Positions 11,056-22,490 of a DNA stretch of 62,597 nucleotides are shown here, one piece after another. The stretch covers positions 954,945 to 1,017,541 of the forward strand of contig ML992501.1 in NCBI GenBank assembly GCA_010093995.1. The letters run 5' to 3'. The DNA comes from Elsinoe ampelina. Taxonomy: Eukaryota. A model generated the notes under the pieces. That model ran no database searches, was not told the origin of the DNA, and saw nothing but the letters and a program-made list of their open reading frames with translations. Both the position numbers and the translations under genes were made by a program. Each line of letters begins with the position of its first letter. Position 1 is the stretch's first letter.

Positions 11056-11934
11056 CGGAAGCTGCCGGTGACGAGGTTGTAACAATATATGATGAGCAAT
11101 GTTTGAGGCCTTTGACATGGTCGAGTACGAAGGCCGAGTGCGAATTTCGCTGGACAATGGCTCAAGCTTTGACATGGGTCGCACACACGCTGGAGGAGGA
11201 TTGTGGGAGAATGTAGGCAGACCTCATCAATCTTCAAAACGTTATCGTATTAGTTCTGGCCAAATAAGATCGCGTGGAAGTGGCATCTCTACAGAGATGA
11301 CATGGGGATCCGGTCCGTCAGTAGCACTGTAGAGGGCCATCGAGACCTGCTTTCCACGCCGGAGCAAGAGTAGCCGAGGACGGGTTCGACGATCTCGCTT
11401 GAATGGTGGGTGTGGCTCTTTCCGCGTCAGATGCGCTGTTCAGCTCTGGTGCCAATCAAATTTGATGATTTCGGAACTCATATTGGTACGCGCTGAGAGT
11501 ATAAACCGCTCGATCACGCGCGAAAATTCCCAAGTTGCTGCCGACGTACTGAAAATGATTTAGACCGCATCGTATTTCATCTTGGCTGTGTATGTACAAT
11601 GTGGTCGGTTGGCCCATTGCTCTACGGGCCAAAATACTTTCGTTGTATGCGTATAGCTTGGACGCGAGTTACCAAGCAGCAAGCGGTTGATCCGTCACGA
11701 GAGTGAAGATCTGGAAATGGCTGAGGTGTCGCCAGCCTCCATATGAGTGGAGTGAGTCAATCGGAGTCGTGTTTGCTCTCGACCGATGTCGGCGCGCCGC
11801 GATGTGAGAGAGTCGCGGGGTTAAGCTCTGCTCCAAATTGATCGAATCAACTCAATAGGAGGTACATACTTTCCTGTCTTGCAGGTTGACTATGGTCCTG
11901 GAATATGGCGTTGAACCGGTCAATGTTATCATGC

Positions 11935-12861
11935 TCAGTCTGCGCCGAAATTCCAGTCGTCGAGATCAGCGTCATCATCATCGTCTTCTTCATCTTCTTC
12001 GTCATCCTTGCCCGCGTTTTGAGCTTGAGTATCGCCTACAATCTGACCGGTACCTCCAGTATTGCCAGACACCCCAGTCATCAGTTCATCCTTGATCTGC
12101 CCAGCGTGTTCAGGGAGAATCGTCGAAGAGCCTTTTCTGAGAGCCTCCCTCTTCTCTCTCAGCTTCCGGACTCTCTCTTCCAGCTCATCCATCTCGTCGA
12201 ACTCAGCTTGGAGAGCCTCTTGTGCATCGTCTCGCTCTTCCTCGAGCTCTTGTTCTCGCCGACCCCTCTGTATGCTTTGCTCTTCTCTCGCTTTGGCCGC
12301 AAGCTCTTCCGCAGTCATGGGCGCCGCTGATATTGTCGCGTTGGCATAGACTTGTTGCTGTGAAGATTTGTCGCTCTGCACGGGCTCGTCCAGCATCTTC
12401 TGCAATTCCAGCCATTCCGGATCGTCCTCGATTGCAAAATCTTTCACTTGACGGGCGGTACTTGACTGTGCTTGATCGGCCTTGCCTTGTGACAGTTCCT
12501 GTACCACCTGCGCTTCCGCATCTGGCTCCTCGCTGACCTCGATTCGAGGTATCTGAGCTCTTCTGCCGTCATCGTCATCGTCGTCGCTGTCGCCTCGTGC
12601 TCGCTTTCGTGTGTCGTCCTCTTCATCACTGCCCGCCTTTCGCTTCCTGCTGTTTGCCTGTGTCTTACTAGCTTCCGCCGCACGTAATGCTCGCTTAGCA
12701 TGCTCCGGTGTCTTGAGATGGCTGTTCCACTGTGCTTCCGACTTGATTGCGTGTTCGCAGAGCGTGCATTGTACATTGCCGTTGTCCGTATAGCGTGCGT
12801 AGGGATGAGTGACGCGCCTACTTTGACGGGATGCAGAGAGCAATGCGCGGGCGTCGGTCAT
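11935..12861 (-). CDS. ZNF830/CCDC16-like zinc-finger coiled-coil protein (308 aa from ATG 12861)
   Basis: N-terminal HPYARY..CTLC..W..HL...EH finger, RKRK NLS-like motif, acidic coiled coil, acidic C-terminus ending DDW. Confidence 0.75.
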   Translation of the reverse strand: MTDARALLSASRQSRRVTHPYARYTDNGNVQCTLCEHAIKSEAQWNSHLKTPEHAKRALRAAEASKTQANSRKRKAGSDEEDDTRKRARGDSDDDDDDGRRAQIPRIEVSEEPDAEAQVVQELSQGKADQAQSSTARQVKDFAIEDDPEWLELQKMLDEPVQSDKSSQQQVYANATISAAPMTAEELAAKAREEQSIQRGRREQELEEERDDAQEALQAEFDEMDELEERVRKLREKREALRKGSSTILPEHAGQIKDELMTGVSGNTGGTGQIVGDTQAQNAGKDDEEDEEDDDDDADLDDWNFGAD

Positions 12862-13116
12862 GGTTGTTGTGCTGGAATACTGCAAAGGAGCATAGAGAAA
12901 GAATGTGACAAGCAGTCGAAGATTGTTTGCACCGTTTGCAACCCGTGCTCGAGTGAAAGACGTCTGAGGTGTGTGGAGCCAGGGAAGGTGCGCCGAGGTC
13001 CACACGGATTTGGCGCGGCGGAAAATCCAACGTCGGCTTTTGCTCACCTGCAGTAGTTTCGTGGTCTGGTAGCACAAAGAATCGTGCATCATCCAATAAT
13101 AGCAATTTCTTTGATA

Positions 13117-15082
13117 ATGCGACCCTCTGCTTCATCTCCAGACAATGGAGATGATGATAGCGCCTCCAGTACCGGCAGCGGCGTGAGCATCCGACAGGAC
13201 AGTGAAGGATGGGAAGACCTCGAACCTGATGTAGAGACGATTGAGGTCAAGGACTTCTTCAGCGATGCGATGTTTTCAAGTGCGAAACAGATGCTTGATC
13301 ATTGCAAGAACGCACATGGCTTCGATTTTATCGGCACACAAAGAACTCTCGGTGTGTGCGTCAGTCCTTTGTCCAGCGACGGACCCGCCTTCTAACATAG
13401 CACAACAGGACTTGACTTCCTGGAGAGCATTAAGCTCGTCAACTATCTCCGGAAAGAGGCTCAGGCTGGTCAAATTATCTCGCAAGTCGATTTCAAGGAC
13501 AAGTTCTCAGCCGATGCTTTCCTACAGCCATCACTCGAGAATGACGCCCTCCTTTTCTCTCTGGACGAGGTGCTGGATGCGGAGGACGACCCACAGACCA
13601 ATGGAGATCATCCAGAGGCTACTAACGGTGACCATGAGAGCTCAGCAGAGTTGAAGCAGAGGCTCCAGGACCTCGAGGACCGCTTCGCCGAATACCGACT
13701 TGAAGTGGCAAAAACGCTAGACCAAAGATGGAACGACAGAACAGAAAACATAGCCAGCTCATCGAAGAGCAAAAGCGACGCCGAGATCGACGAAAAGTAT
13801 GACAGGGGTTACTTTGAGACTTACTCTTACAACGGTATGTGCCATGCACTCTGCATCCAGCTCGCTGTCGCCGGTCCCCCTTGTCTCTTGCTCAGCATTG
13901 TGCTCTTCGTGAACACGGTCGGTCGTTCCAAGCGAATGGTCGTATTCCTACAACACGGCGTAAAGCCGCCGTCCCGAAAACCTTTCCTCCTCAACCAGTA
14001 CACCAAGAAATGACTACACCTCTGCCTCGAATCAACGATGAATGGAGCTGACATCGATTCCAGAGATCCATCAGATCATGTTGCAGGACAGTGTTCGCAC
14101 CGATGCGTACCGCGACTTCATCTACGGAAATAAGCATCTCTTCAAAGACAAGGTGGTGCTTGACGTAGGTTGTGGCACCGGTATCCTATCCATGCTCTGT
14201 GCAAAAGCAGGAGCAGCAAAGGTCATTGCCGTCGACAACTCGGATATCCTCAATAAGACCAGATCGATCCTCTATGCGAACAAGCTCGATGGTGTGGTCA
14301 CTTGCGTGAAGGGCAAGATCGAAGAGATCTCTCTGCCCGATGGGATCGAGAAGGTTGATGTGCTGGTGAGTGAATGGATGGGATATTGCCTGCTCTTCGA
14401 AGCAATGCTTGACTCCGTTCTGTATGCCCGAGATCGCTACTTGAAGCCGGGAGGGTTGATGGTGCCCAGCCACTGCACGATGCAAGTGGGGGCGCTCGCT
14501 GATCCGGACTATGTCGAGGACAACTTCTCATTCTGGCAGGACGTATATGGCTTCGACATGACTGCGATGATGGAGAAGATCTATGATGATGTGTTAGTGC
14601 GATCTCCTGCAGCTTCTGCCATTGCCGGTCGCACCAAGGACAGGGAGCCATTCCAGGTCCTCGACCTGCACCGTGTAACAAAGGACCAGCTTGACTTCCA
14701 GACGCCCTTTACGTTAGTTCTAGAGCGCGACGTCGACTCTTTGGATGGCTTCTGTGTGTGGTTCGACACAATCTTCTTGACGAGTCCGGACCAGGAAGTG
14801 CCTCCACAGCTCCGACGTGGTGATGGTTTCGCCACCAAGTCAACAGAAGGTCCAGTCTTCTTCTCAACTGGCCCATTCACGAAGACGACTCATTGGCAGA
14901 CTGGTCTCTGCATGATCGACCCGAAGCAAAGTGGCGGCAATGCTTTGAAAGAAGGCTCTTTGATCGAGGGTACGATTTCTGTGGAGAAGAACAAAGAAGA
15001 GAAGAGGGCGATCAACATTGACTTAAGCTGGAAGGTCGGCCCTGATTCAAAGGCCAAGCGACAGCTCTGGTTCATGCGTTAA
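13117..15082 (+). CDS. RMT3: Type I protein arginine methyltransferase PRMT3/Rmt3-like; introns 13352-13408 and 13835-14063
   Basis: N-terminal HCKNAHGFDF..LDF..IKLVNY region, YSYNEIHQIMLQD across intron 2, VLDVGCGTG, SEWMGY and THW loop. Confidence 0.88.
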
Positions 15083-15349
15083 TGTAATCGGACTTTTCGA
15101 GGAATGGTTGCGGGTTATGAATTGGGACATGAACGGGGTACTTTTGCTGGTCTTGGCAAGGTGATGCTCTGCCGTCTATACCAAATCCACAGAGCTTCAC
15201 TCCAATTCCTCACTTCCCGTCACCTTACCAAATCCTTTTCGCAATCTCCTTTGATTTTACACGCCCCGTAGGCTTGTCAAGAAGCTCTTTCGCTACCTCG
15301 TTGCCTATATACACGCTCACAAAGACTTCACCCGTCCCTCACGAGCACC

Positions 15350-16125
15350 ATGAGCGACCGCAGAAACTCACAATCAGAGAAAAAGAACGAAGACACACCC
15401 TTCTCACCCAGTGAGATAGAGGCCATCATGGCCACGCCCAACAGGGCAAATGCCAGGCTGCTCATTGAGCATGCTCGCAGGGGGGGTTTCTACACCCCTC
15501 CGAGCTTCGATCCTACCGGCGCCCTCTTCACCAACCCTCGCCCATCCCCCCCTACTCCAAACCGCCCTTCCTCCAACGCCCCTTCTTCTCCAACCTCTCC
15601 GACTCCTTCTTCCCCTCCAACCCGCTCCGCCCCTCCGCGACCTCCCGCGCCAACTTCTTCGCCTCCGCCGCCCTCCGCCGCCCTCCGCCGCCTCGCCACC
15701 TCCTGCGCCAGCTGCCGCCTCTCCTCCTGCGCCTATTCAATCCCCTTCTCCTACGCCCCCCTTCACCCCTCCTCCTCCGCCTCCACCTCCTCCTGCGTTT
15801 CTTCCCTCTCCCCCGCCTCCTACGACCCCCGAGGAAGAGCCAGAGGAAGAGCAACGTGGGCGCGGCGCTGGTAGCCGCCCGGCTACACCACCAAGGGTAT
15901 GCTTGACCCAATTGACTTTCTGGTAGTTTCTTTGCTAATCTAACCACCACACAGCGAGCCAGACATTCAGCCAGAGGCAGGCCCCGCGCGTCAGCCGAGC
16001 AGAAGCAGGCAGAGATGAGGAACATCTCGGCGAATCTGGCGAGGAGCTTGGGTCAGGCGCGTGGGAAGTACTACCAGGGGAAGAAAGTCAGTGGGGAGGG
16101 GCAGCAAGAAGACAAGGAATCGTAG
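15350..16125 (+). pseudogene. Proline-rich hypothetical gene with an apparent +1 frameshift near 15662-15691; intron 15897-15954
   Basis: ATG 15350 frame reads sensibly to ~15680. The 15450 frame carries a GTATGC..GCTAAT..CAG intron and an open last exon to TAG 16125. Confidence 0.45.
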
Positions 16126-16759
16126 CATTCAGGAAGGGTGAGGTACTAAGAGATCACTGCAATCTGTATCGTGATCGGAGCTAATTATGATTCAGGCACG
16201 ACGAGCTGGTAGTATCACGCACGAATGAACTACCAGAAACAAGCCATTGAGAGGACGATATCGAGCAAGAAGGCAAGCAGAAGTAACCAGCTGGTAGTAT
16301 CAAACATGGTAGAACGCGATGAAAGACAGGCAAATCGAGCCAACATGGACATGGACAATGACGAGCTGGTAGTGCCTCGCGCAGCGAATGTAGAATATCA
16401 CGCCACGAATGATCACACCAAGATGATCACGATGCATCTGGTAGTACTACTGCTGGACAACAGCGTGGAAAGGTCATAGAAGGGGCACGATCTGGCGATT
16501 CTCGTGGTAATAATGAATGAAACGAACAAAGTGTGTCCTCGAGACGCGTCAAAGCACTCCCAGAAAGAAGCCCCATATGGTCTTTGTGACGTGCCTTGTT
16601 TCCGTGTTGCCCCACCCACCGCTCGAGCATCAATACTTCTCCCCTAAGCTTCCACCACTCACGCGAACCACATCACACCTTTCCACATCACATCACATCA
16701 CATCAATTGCAACTGGCCTGCAATATCTTCCAACTCCTGATTACATTCGTCCCTTCGTC

Positions 16760-18931
16760 ATGGCCTCTCACGGCAAGATCGTGTTCGCTCAATCCCCAGA
16801 AGTCGACCTGATTCTCACCAAGCTCAAGGCTGGTCAGGGTGTCGAGGTCGAGGTCGAGCATAACGGCCGCGTGGAGACAATCGTTCTACAAGACATCAGC
16901 ACTATCGAGATCGTCGACGACGGTGCCACCGGCGATGCTGTGAACAACCTTGATACCATTCGCACCATCCAGAAGATGAGCTTTCTTCCGCGCTCCGTGA
17001 GTTCCACGTCGGAAATTTCTGCCTTCACACTTACTGAGCTTTGGAAGGACTTACCTGCCAACGGCAACATGTCTTCGGCTCCAGAGAACAACCACAGTGG
17101 CGACGGGAACAGCAGCGACAACCCTGTCGGCGCTCGTCCACATGGCAGCAGCGACGACCCCGCCGGCACCACTGGTAGCGACAACCTTGTCACCTATAGT
17201 GGCCACAGCGACTCTCACGCCAACGATGCGACCACCTTTCACGAAGCGGATAGCGACAGCAGAAGCTTCAACGCACGTTTCCGTCCACTCACCCAAGGTG
17301 CAGGTCTCACGACGCTGCCCAACTCAACCGACTCACAGTCAACATCTCGCGCCACTTCACTTCCTGCCAACAACGACACCATGCCTACAGCCACTCACAA
17401 CAACAGCACTACTGCCACTGGTAATAAGCGCGCTCGCTCCGCTGGTGATGCCGGTGATGAGACTTCACCCAAGCGTCAGCGCACCAAGGAGACCGAAGGC
17501 GATGCACTCACGTCCGCTTCCCCCACCAAGCCATACACGCCTCCTCGTAGGCTGAGGACCCGTGCGCCACCCAAGTCAGCCACGGAGCGTGCCCTTGGGT
17601 ACACCAGCAAGAAGTACTCGTCGGAGCAGTCCAGGAGGGACGCCATCGCCATGGAGGAGGCATTGGCCCAGAACATCCCTGGCGTGTCGGGATTCACGCC
17701 GGTCCAGATGGAGGTCGGCTGGGTCGAGACCAAGAGTCCTCAGTACTTCGACAGCGTCGATGCTGCCAGAGCGGCCGAGCGTTCCGCCAGGGCTGCTGCC
17801 GGTGGGGACGCCACCATGGACAACACCGACGAGGGTGAAGACAACACCACCATCACCGCCACCCCCAAGGTCGCCGCAGCCGCCAACGACGACGACACCA
17901 CCACCCCTGGCACCAAGCCCACCTCCTCCGCCCGCCCAAAGCGCACGCTCCGCGGCAGCACCAAGCCCAACGCTCCCGCCACCGCTCCCGCCACCAACCC
18001 CGCCACCCCCAACACCGGCGGCTCCTTCATCACCTTCTCCGCCAGAGACGGCACCACAATCTCCCCGGACAAGCCCAAGTCCGCGTCCGCCAAGCGTCCC
18101 AAGTCGACCGCCACCAAAGCGCCCGGCGGCACCCACACAGTCATGACCAACGACTTGGGCACCACGTTCTCGCGCGCCAGCACGTACAACACCTGGCCCA
18201 ACGCGGAGAAGGAAGCCATCCGCTCGGCCATCTTCGACGAGAAAGTCGCCGCCGGAGCACCTCTCCTCGCGCACCACAACGAGTGGCGCAAGCGTCACGG
18301 CCAGGACGAGGTGCAGATGGTGGCGTTCCGCAGCAAGGTGAGCAAGAGTTTTGGTCCGCAGATCGGGGAGATGAAGCGCACCGGTAATGTGCCGGTCTGT
18401 GTCTCGCGTCCGTACCACTGGCCCAAGAATGGGGTCGAAGCCAAGGCCGTGGCGGCTGAGGTCGAGCGCAGGGAGCAGGCCAAGGAGCCAAAGGAGAGGG
18501 GTGCGGCGTATTTGGCGAAGTTCACGAAGCCGAGGGGTGTGGGGGGTGCTGTGGTTGGGGATGAGGGGGAGGAGGAGGGGGATGACGAGGAGGAAGAAGA
18601 GGTCATGCCGAAGCGCAAGACCCGTGCCGCCATCAAGCAGAACGAGGATGAGCCCGTCAAGCGCACCACTCGCGCCGCCGCCAAGGAGGGGAAGAAGGTC
18701 ACCTTCGCGCCTGCCAAGAAGGGCAAAGGAAAGAGCAAGAAGGCCGTGGCCGAGGAGGAAGAGGACGAGAGGAACAGTGACCGCGTCGATGTGATGCCCG
18801 AGAGCGTCCGCAGGATGTTCGCCGAGCGCGGCATCGGGCCGGCCGAGGAGGAGTTTGATCCTTTCCTCGACGCGGCGGGGCCGAACTGGTCCAACAACAG
18901 GGGTGAGAAGGAGGGTGATGATGAGGAGTAG
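16760..18931 (+). CDS. Hypothetical low-complexity protein (723 aa), T/A/K-rich with acidic C-terminus
   Basis: Long ORF with C/G-biased third positions; start placed at gtcATGG (MASHGK); no family recognised. Confidence 0.75.
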   Translation: MASHGKIVFAQSPEVDLILTKLKAGQGVEVEVEHNGRVETIVLQDISTIEIVDDGATGDAVNNLDTIRTIQKMSFLPRSVSSTSEISAFTLTELWKDLPANGNMSSAPENNHSGDGNSSDNPVGARPHGSSDDPAGTTGSDNLVTYSGHSDSHANDATTFHEADSDSRSFNARFRPLTQGAGLTTLPNSTDSQSTSRATSLPANNDTMPTATHNNSTTATGNKRARSAGDAGDETSPKRQRTKETEGDALTSASPTKPYTPPRRLRTRAPPKSATERALGYTSKKYSSEQSRRDAIAMEEALAQNIPGVSGFTPVQMEVGWVETKSPQYFDSVDAARAAERSARAAAGGDATMDNTDEGEDNTTITATPKVAAAANDDDTTTPGTKPTSSARPKRTLRGSTKPNAPATAPATNPATPNTGGSFITFSARDGTTISPDKPKSASAKRPKSTATKAPGGTHTVMTNDLGTTFSRASTYNTWPNAEKEAIRSAIFDEKVAAGAPLLAHHNEWRKRHGQDEVQMVAFRSKVSKSFGPQIGEMKRTGNVPVCVSRPYHWPKNGVEAKAVAAEVERREQAKEPKERGAAYLAKFTKPRGVGGAVVGDEGEEEGDDEEEEEVMPKRKTRAAIKQNEDEPVKRTTRAAAKEGKKVTFAPAKKGKGKSKKAVAEEEEDERNSDRVDVMPESVRRMFAERGIGPAEEEFDPFLDAAGPNWSNNRGEKEGDDEE

Positions 18932-20347
18932 AGAGGGGTCGAGGCGGGGTGGTGGAGGTTGTGGAGTGGGGGGGTAAGAGTGAAGGAACGGGTTGGTTTC
19001 AAGGGATAGGCATGGCAGATGATGGTCGTCTCTTCCAGGATGGGAGCACGTGACTCCTTTACAGCATAGCGTGGCGCGTGGCATAGCGCTTCTTTCGTCC
19101 TTTGTGGACAGCTACCGCATGGTATAGCTTTTGCTTCTGCTCTATAGCCTCATGATGGGGTTCGATGAAATGCATATTTACGGATAGGAGACGTCTGGTG
19201 CAAACCTTGATGGTGATGTGGTTTTGGAGATGGCAAGTGGTGAGGTGAAGTTGGACGGGCACAAATCGAGGGTGTGATGTGGGGTGGCTGACTGAGCGGT
19301 CCGACTTCAAATCACGATTCGAGGCATGATGGCAATTGAATATTGGATGAGGCACAGTAACAAATTCTGCTTCAAATGTCTTGATCGGGATCATCTGTGA
19401 GTGACAAAAAATATTTGTTTGTGAAGTGATTCATGTATCTGTGTGCCTAAAGTGTTTTGAAAATTCTTAGCAGGAGTGGTTATTTTTGGTACTGCAATTG
19501 TCCTTTGGTCTCACGCATAAGCCGCACCTATGACACCCGGCAAACCTCCCGTGCAAGACAGGAGATGCCATCGGTTTGGGACCATTCGAGGACCAGGATG
19601 CTGATCTCACTCTACCCGTCCACGAGTGCCTCACAGTACTCCTCCTCGACCAGGGCAAAACAGTGGAAGAGCCCAAACCTCAGAGCGGACTCCCACAACC
19701 TCCCTCCTGTCTGTCCTACACCTATCCTTCCCTCCCCAGCCAAAAATGCATCCTCCCTGACCCCGACTCGAACCCCGACCAAAAATGCAAAAAAGGAAGC
19801 ACTGCTTGGACAGTAACCGCCTGAAACTCTTCGGGGCGACGCGGAGTGGTTACCGGGATCTATTTACGCCGCTTACGGTTGGTTTGCTTTTTGTCACGAG
19901 CACACATGTTTTTTGGGGAAGGGGGTTCGTTTAGCCAGACTGATTGACGTTGCTGGTTACTCCTAATCTTCCTTGGAGTGAGGGGAGGGTAGGAAATAAT
20001 ATATACTTACTTACCTATGGGTGGTGTTTGTCACATGTCGCATTCGCGTTCGGCGAGCTGTGCGTGAGAGGGCTGTCACATGTGAAAACGTTGCCTTGCC
20101 TTTGTGGTTTCAACAAATCCTGCATCTTGAGATGTTCTTCTTGCTTACATCCACATCTCATATTAACAGGTTGAAGCCGTGACCATGGAGGCAGCGCACC
20201 CGTGCATTGACGAGGACGAGACCAGTCGGTGAGGATATCCGTTGCGTTCACTGCGATAGCGAATGTCACGCGAGCGATGCAGACTGACCTTGCGCCAGAC
20301 CCAACACTCCCCCTCTCAGCGACTCAAGCACACTCGGCGACGACTCT

Positions 20348-21193
20348 GTGGTAGATGTCGCATCTCCAGTGTCTGTCACCAGCGACGTTTATACAACGCT
20401 CGAGTCTCGCCTTGTCGACTTCATCTCGACTTATCGCTGCACACCAGCGCTCAAGCGCCACCTTCTCAATATCCTCAAGTCCACAATTCGTGCCTACCGA
20501 GATTTCTCTCCTGTCATGTCCACGCCGCCAAAGTCTGCCGGGATACCTTTCGGCATGACCGCCAAAGACATTGCGGCAGTGGACGCACTCAGTCGTTTGA
20601 CGATGACATGCCCAGGCTTCAAGTCGGAGGAGACTGTTGAGTACCTCAATTTGCGTGTGAAAGAGATCGCCCAGGAAGTCATGCATGAAGGTGAATGGAC
20701 CAAGGCCGCAGCAGACACAGTGATCGAGTCATTGTCCACAGTCGCGGAGTGGCTCATTGTGAGTTGGAAGGATCCGGGAAAGAAGAGACCTGGTCCAACG
20801 AGCGAGATCGAGAGGGAAGTCCTGAGGGCGGTCTGTGAGGGCAAGAGGTGGATGGCTGAGGCCAACAATGAAGTCCACAGACCCAATAGGAAGACGGATG
20901 GTCAGGGCGGTGTCCCGGTGGATGTGGCCAAGCTGGACAATATTGCCAAACTTCTGTTGCGTGGCAAACCATATCCAGTCAACAGGTTCATCCTAAGAGG
21001 AAGCAAGGCGCTGGGGAAAGATATGTCAACAAAGTGGAAGATTCCTCGCAAGTTGCTACCGTCCAGGTTCCGCAATACGAATGTCGGCATGCCGAGGGGA
21101 TATACGGGCTGCATCGAGTACGTGAAGCTGGCGGAGAGTATGAGGAGGCGGTTGGTGATCGAGGCAAAGACGGCAGAGGAGGAGGAAGAATGA
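20348..21193 (+). CDS. Hypothetical protein (start uncertain)
   Basis: 281-codon ORF with globular-looking composition; it begins at a GTG and the first in-frame ATG is near 20516. Confidence 0.55.
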   Translation: MVDVASPVSVTSDVYTTLESRLVDFISTYRCTPALKRHLLNILKSTIRAYRDFSPVMSTPPKSAGIPFGMTAKDIAAVDALSRLTMTCPGFKSEETVEYLNLRVKEIAQEVMHEGEWTKAAADTVIESLSTVAEWLIVSWKDPGKKRPGPTSEIEREVLRAVCEGKRWMAEANNEVHRPNRKTDGQGGVPVDVAKLDNIAKLLLRGKPYPVNRFILRGSKALGKDMSTKWKIPRKLLPSRFRNTNVGMPRGYTGCIEYVKLAESMRRRLVIEAKTAEEEEE

Positions 21194-21452
21194 GAAGGAG
21201 GAGTTAAATGATGGAGAAGGGCATGTCCTTGCCGTTGCGATGTTGGGTTAGGCACGGCATGCAATTGGCGGTAAGATCAAGTTGCTTTCCAGTATTATAG
21301 AAATGATATCCTACAGATAGCGGATGGGTATACAGCGCCGTTCATTCGTCATAATGTCGTAGAGTCATTATTCAGGGCCGGTCGTGAGGTTGTAAATGGT
21401 CCGTTCGTGGTTCATCATGAGGTAGACATTCCTGGGAACGGCATCAAGGTAT

Positions 21453-22490
21453 TCAGTCCGAGTCGTACGCTACCAAGGCAGTGACAGGGTGCTTGACATC
21501 TGCGCCGTCCGGGTCACCAGGAATGGCATTAGCAATGGGTACATCTTCGTCCCTTCTTTTCAGTCGCTCGAACGGTTTGCGGTCGGTCGAGAACCTGCTA
21601 GTCCCTTCCACCCTCCAAGGATCCACCGCTGCCCTCGTGCTACTCACAAGCCTCTGCTCTAAACTGGTCTTGCGTTCAGACTGATCTTTTGACGCCTTCT
21701 TCAAGGAGGTCTTGGGCGAGGCAACCTGCTTCCTGGGTTTTGTGGCATCCCTTTCGAAAAAGGGTCTGCTCGCAGCTTCAACTGCACCATCCAATCTAGT
21801 CTGTCCAAAGTCGACCATGCCAGCACGAAGCCGATCTTCCTCATTCTCTGGTACCAGATCTATGCCCAAAGCCAGCTTGTCTTGTATGCCCTCGGCCTTC
21901 TCCCGCTCTCGGACTCGTTCCTTCCGTTCCCTCCTGAACCCCTTACGCACCATGCGATTTGCCTCGTACGGATCAGCCCAGTGCCTCTCCCTATCCTCGA
22001 GCAGCTCTTCGACCCTCTTGCTCGATTCCAGCTTGATACCCTCCTCTTCTTTCCTGCCCTCCAACCCAGCCATGGCATCCTCCCGCCTCCTCGCCCGCTC
22101 TTCCTCGTCCAGAACACCTTCTTCCACTTTCTCGTCACCATAGTCTCTCCTTTTTGCTCCCTCGCTCACCACATACTCTGATGCTTTCGGGTCTGTCCGG
22201 ATCTCGATCTCCCCACCGCAGATGACGTGCTTCATCCGGAAGCTCCATATTGGCGTGCTGTAGTAGTTGCCCACTTTCTTCTTCTCGGCGTTGAAGCGAA
22301 CACCTTGACCTATGATGGTGGGCTTGGGACAGTGCGAGCACCATATGGGGAAGGGCATCTCGAATCGGACGGTCAGGATACCCTCGCTGCGGAGCTTGCG
22401 GGCTCTGGTGCCGAGAGGGTGTGTCTTGTTGAATGTCGGTGGATTGTCGGAGTCGGGCGGGTAATACCTGCCCATATTGAAGCCCTGCAT
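21453..22490 (-). CDS. CCDC130/YJU2B (Saf4/Yju2, CWC16 family) splicing factor, 345 aa
   Basis: MQGFNMGRYYPPD, VRFEMPFPIWCSHC, GVRFNAEKKKVGNY and IEIRTDP motifs. Confidence 0.9.
   Translation of the reverse strand: MQGFNMGRYYPPDSDNPPTFNKTHPLGTRARKLRSEGILTVRFEMPFPIWCSHCPKPTIIGQGVRFNAEKKKVGNYYSTPIWSFRMKHVICGGEIEIRTDPKASEYVVSEGAKRRDYGDEKVEEGVLDEEERARRREDAMAGLEGRKEEEGIKLESSKRVEELLEDRERHWADPYEANRMVRKGFRRERKERVREREKAEGIQDKLALGIDLVPENEEDRLRAGMVDFGQTRLDGAVEAASRPFFERDATKPRKQVASPKTSLKKASKDQSERKTSLEQRLVSSTRAAVDPWRVEGTSRFSTDRKPFERLKRRDEDVPIANAIPGDPDGADVKHPVTALVAYDSD

Noticed and set aside
11370..11400. GGGTTCGAC B-box-like word
   Set aside because: No T stem or acceptor stem can be formed around it.
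16201..16450. CRISPR-like spaced repeats
   Set aside because: Eukaryotic context, only an 8-13-nt core, irregular spacing and no cas genes.
19760..19860. tRNA-like words GGTTCGAGTC (minus strand) and GCGGAGTGGTTA (plus strand); also considered telomerase RNA or a hammerhead
   Set aside because: The words are on opposite strands with no cloverleaf, and I saw no CCCTAA template or complete hammerhead core.
20003..20020. ATACTTAC-TTACCT resembling the U1 snRNA 5' end
   Set aside because: No U1 stem-loops or Sm site recognised downstream; more likely a minus-strand GTAAGT donor or chance.
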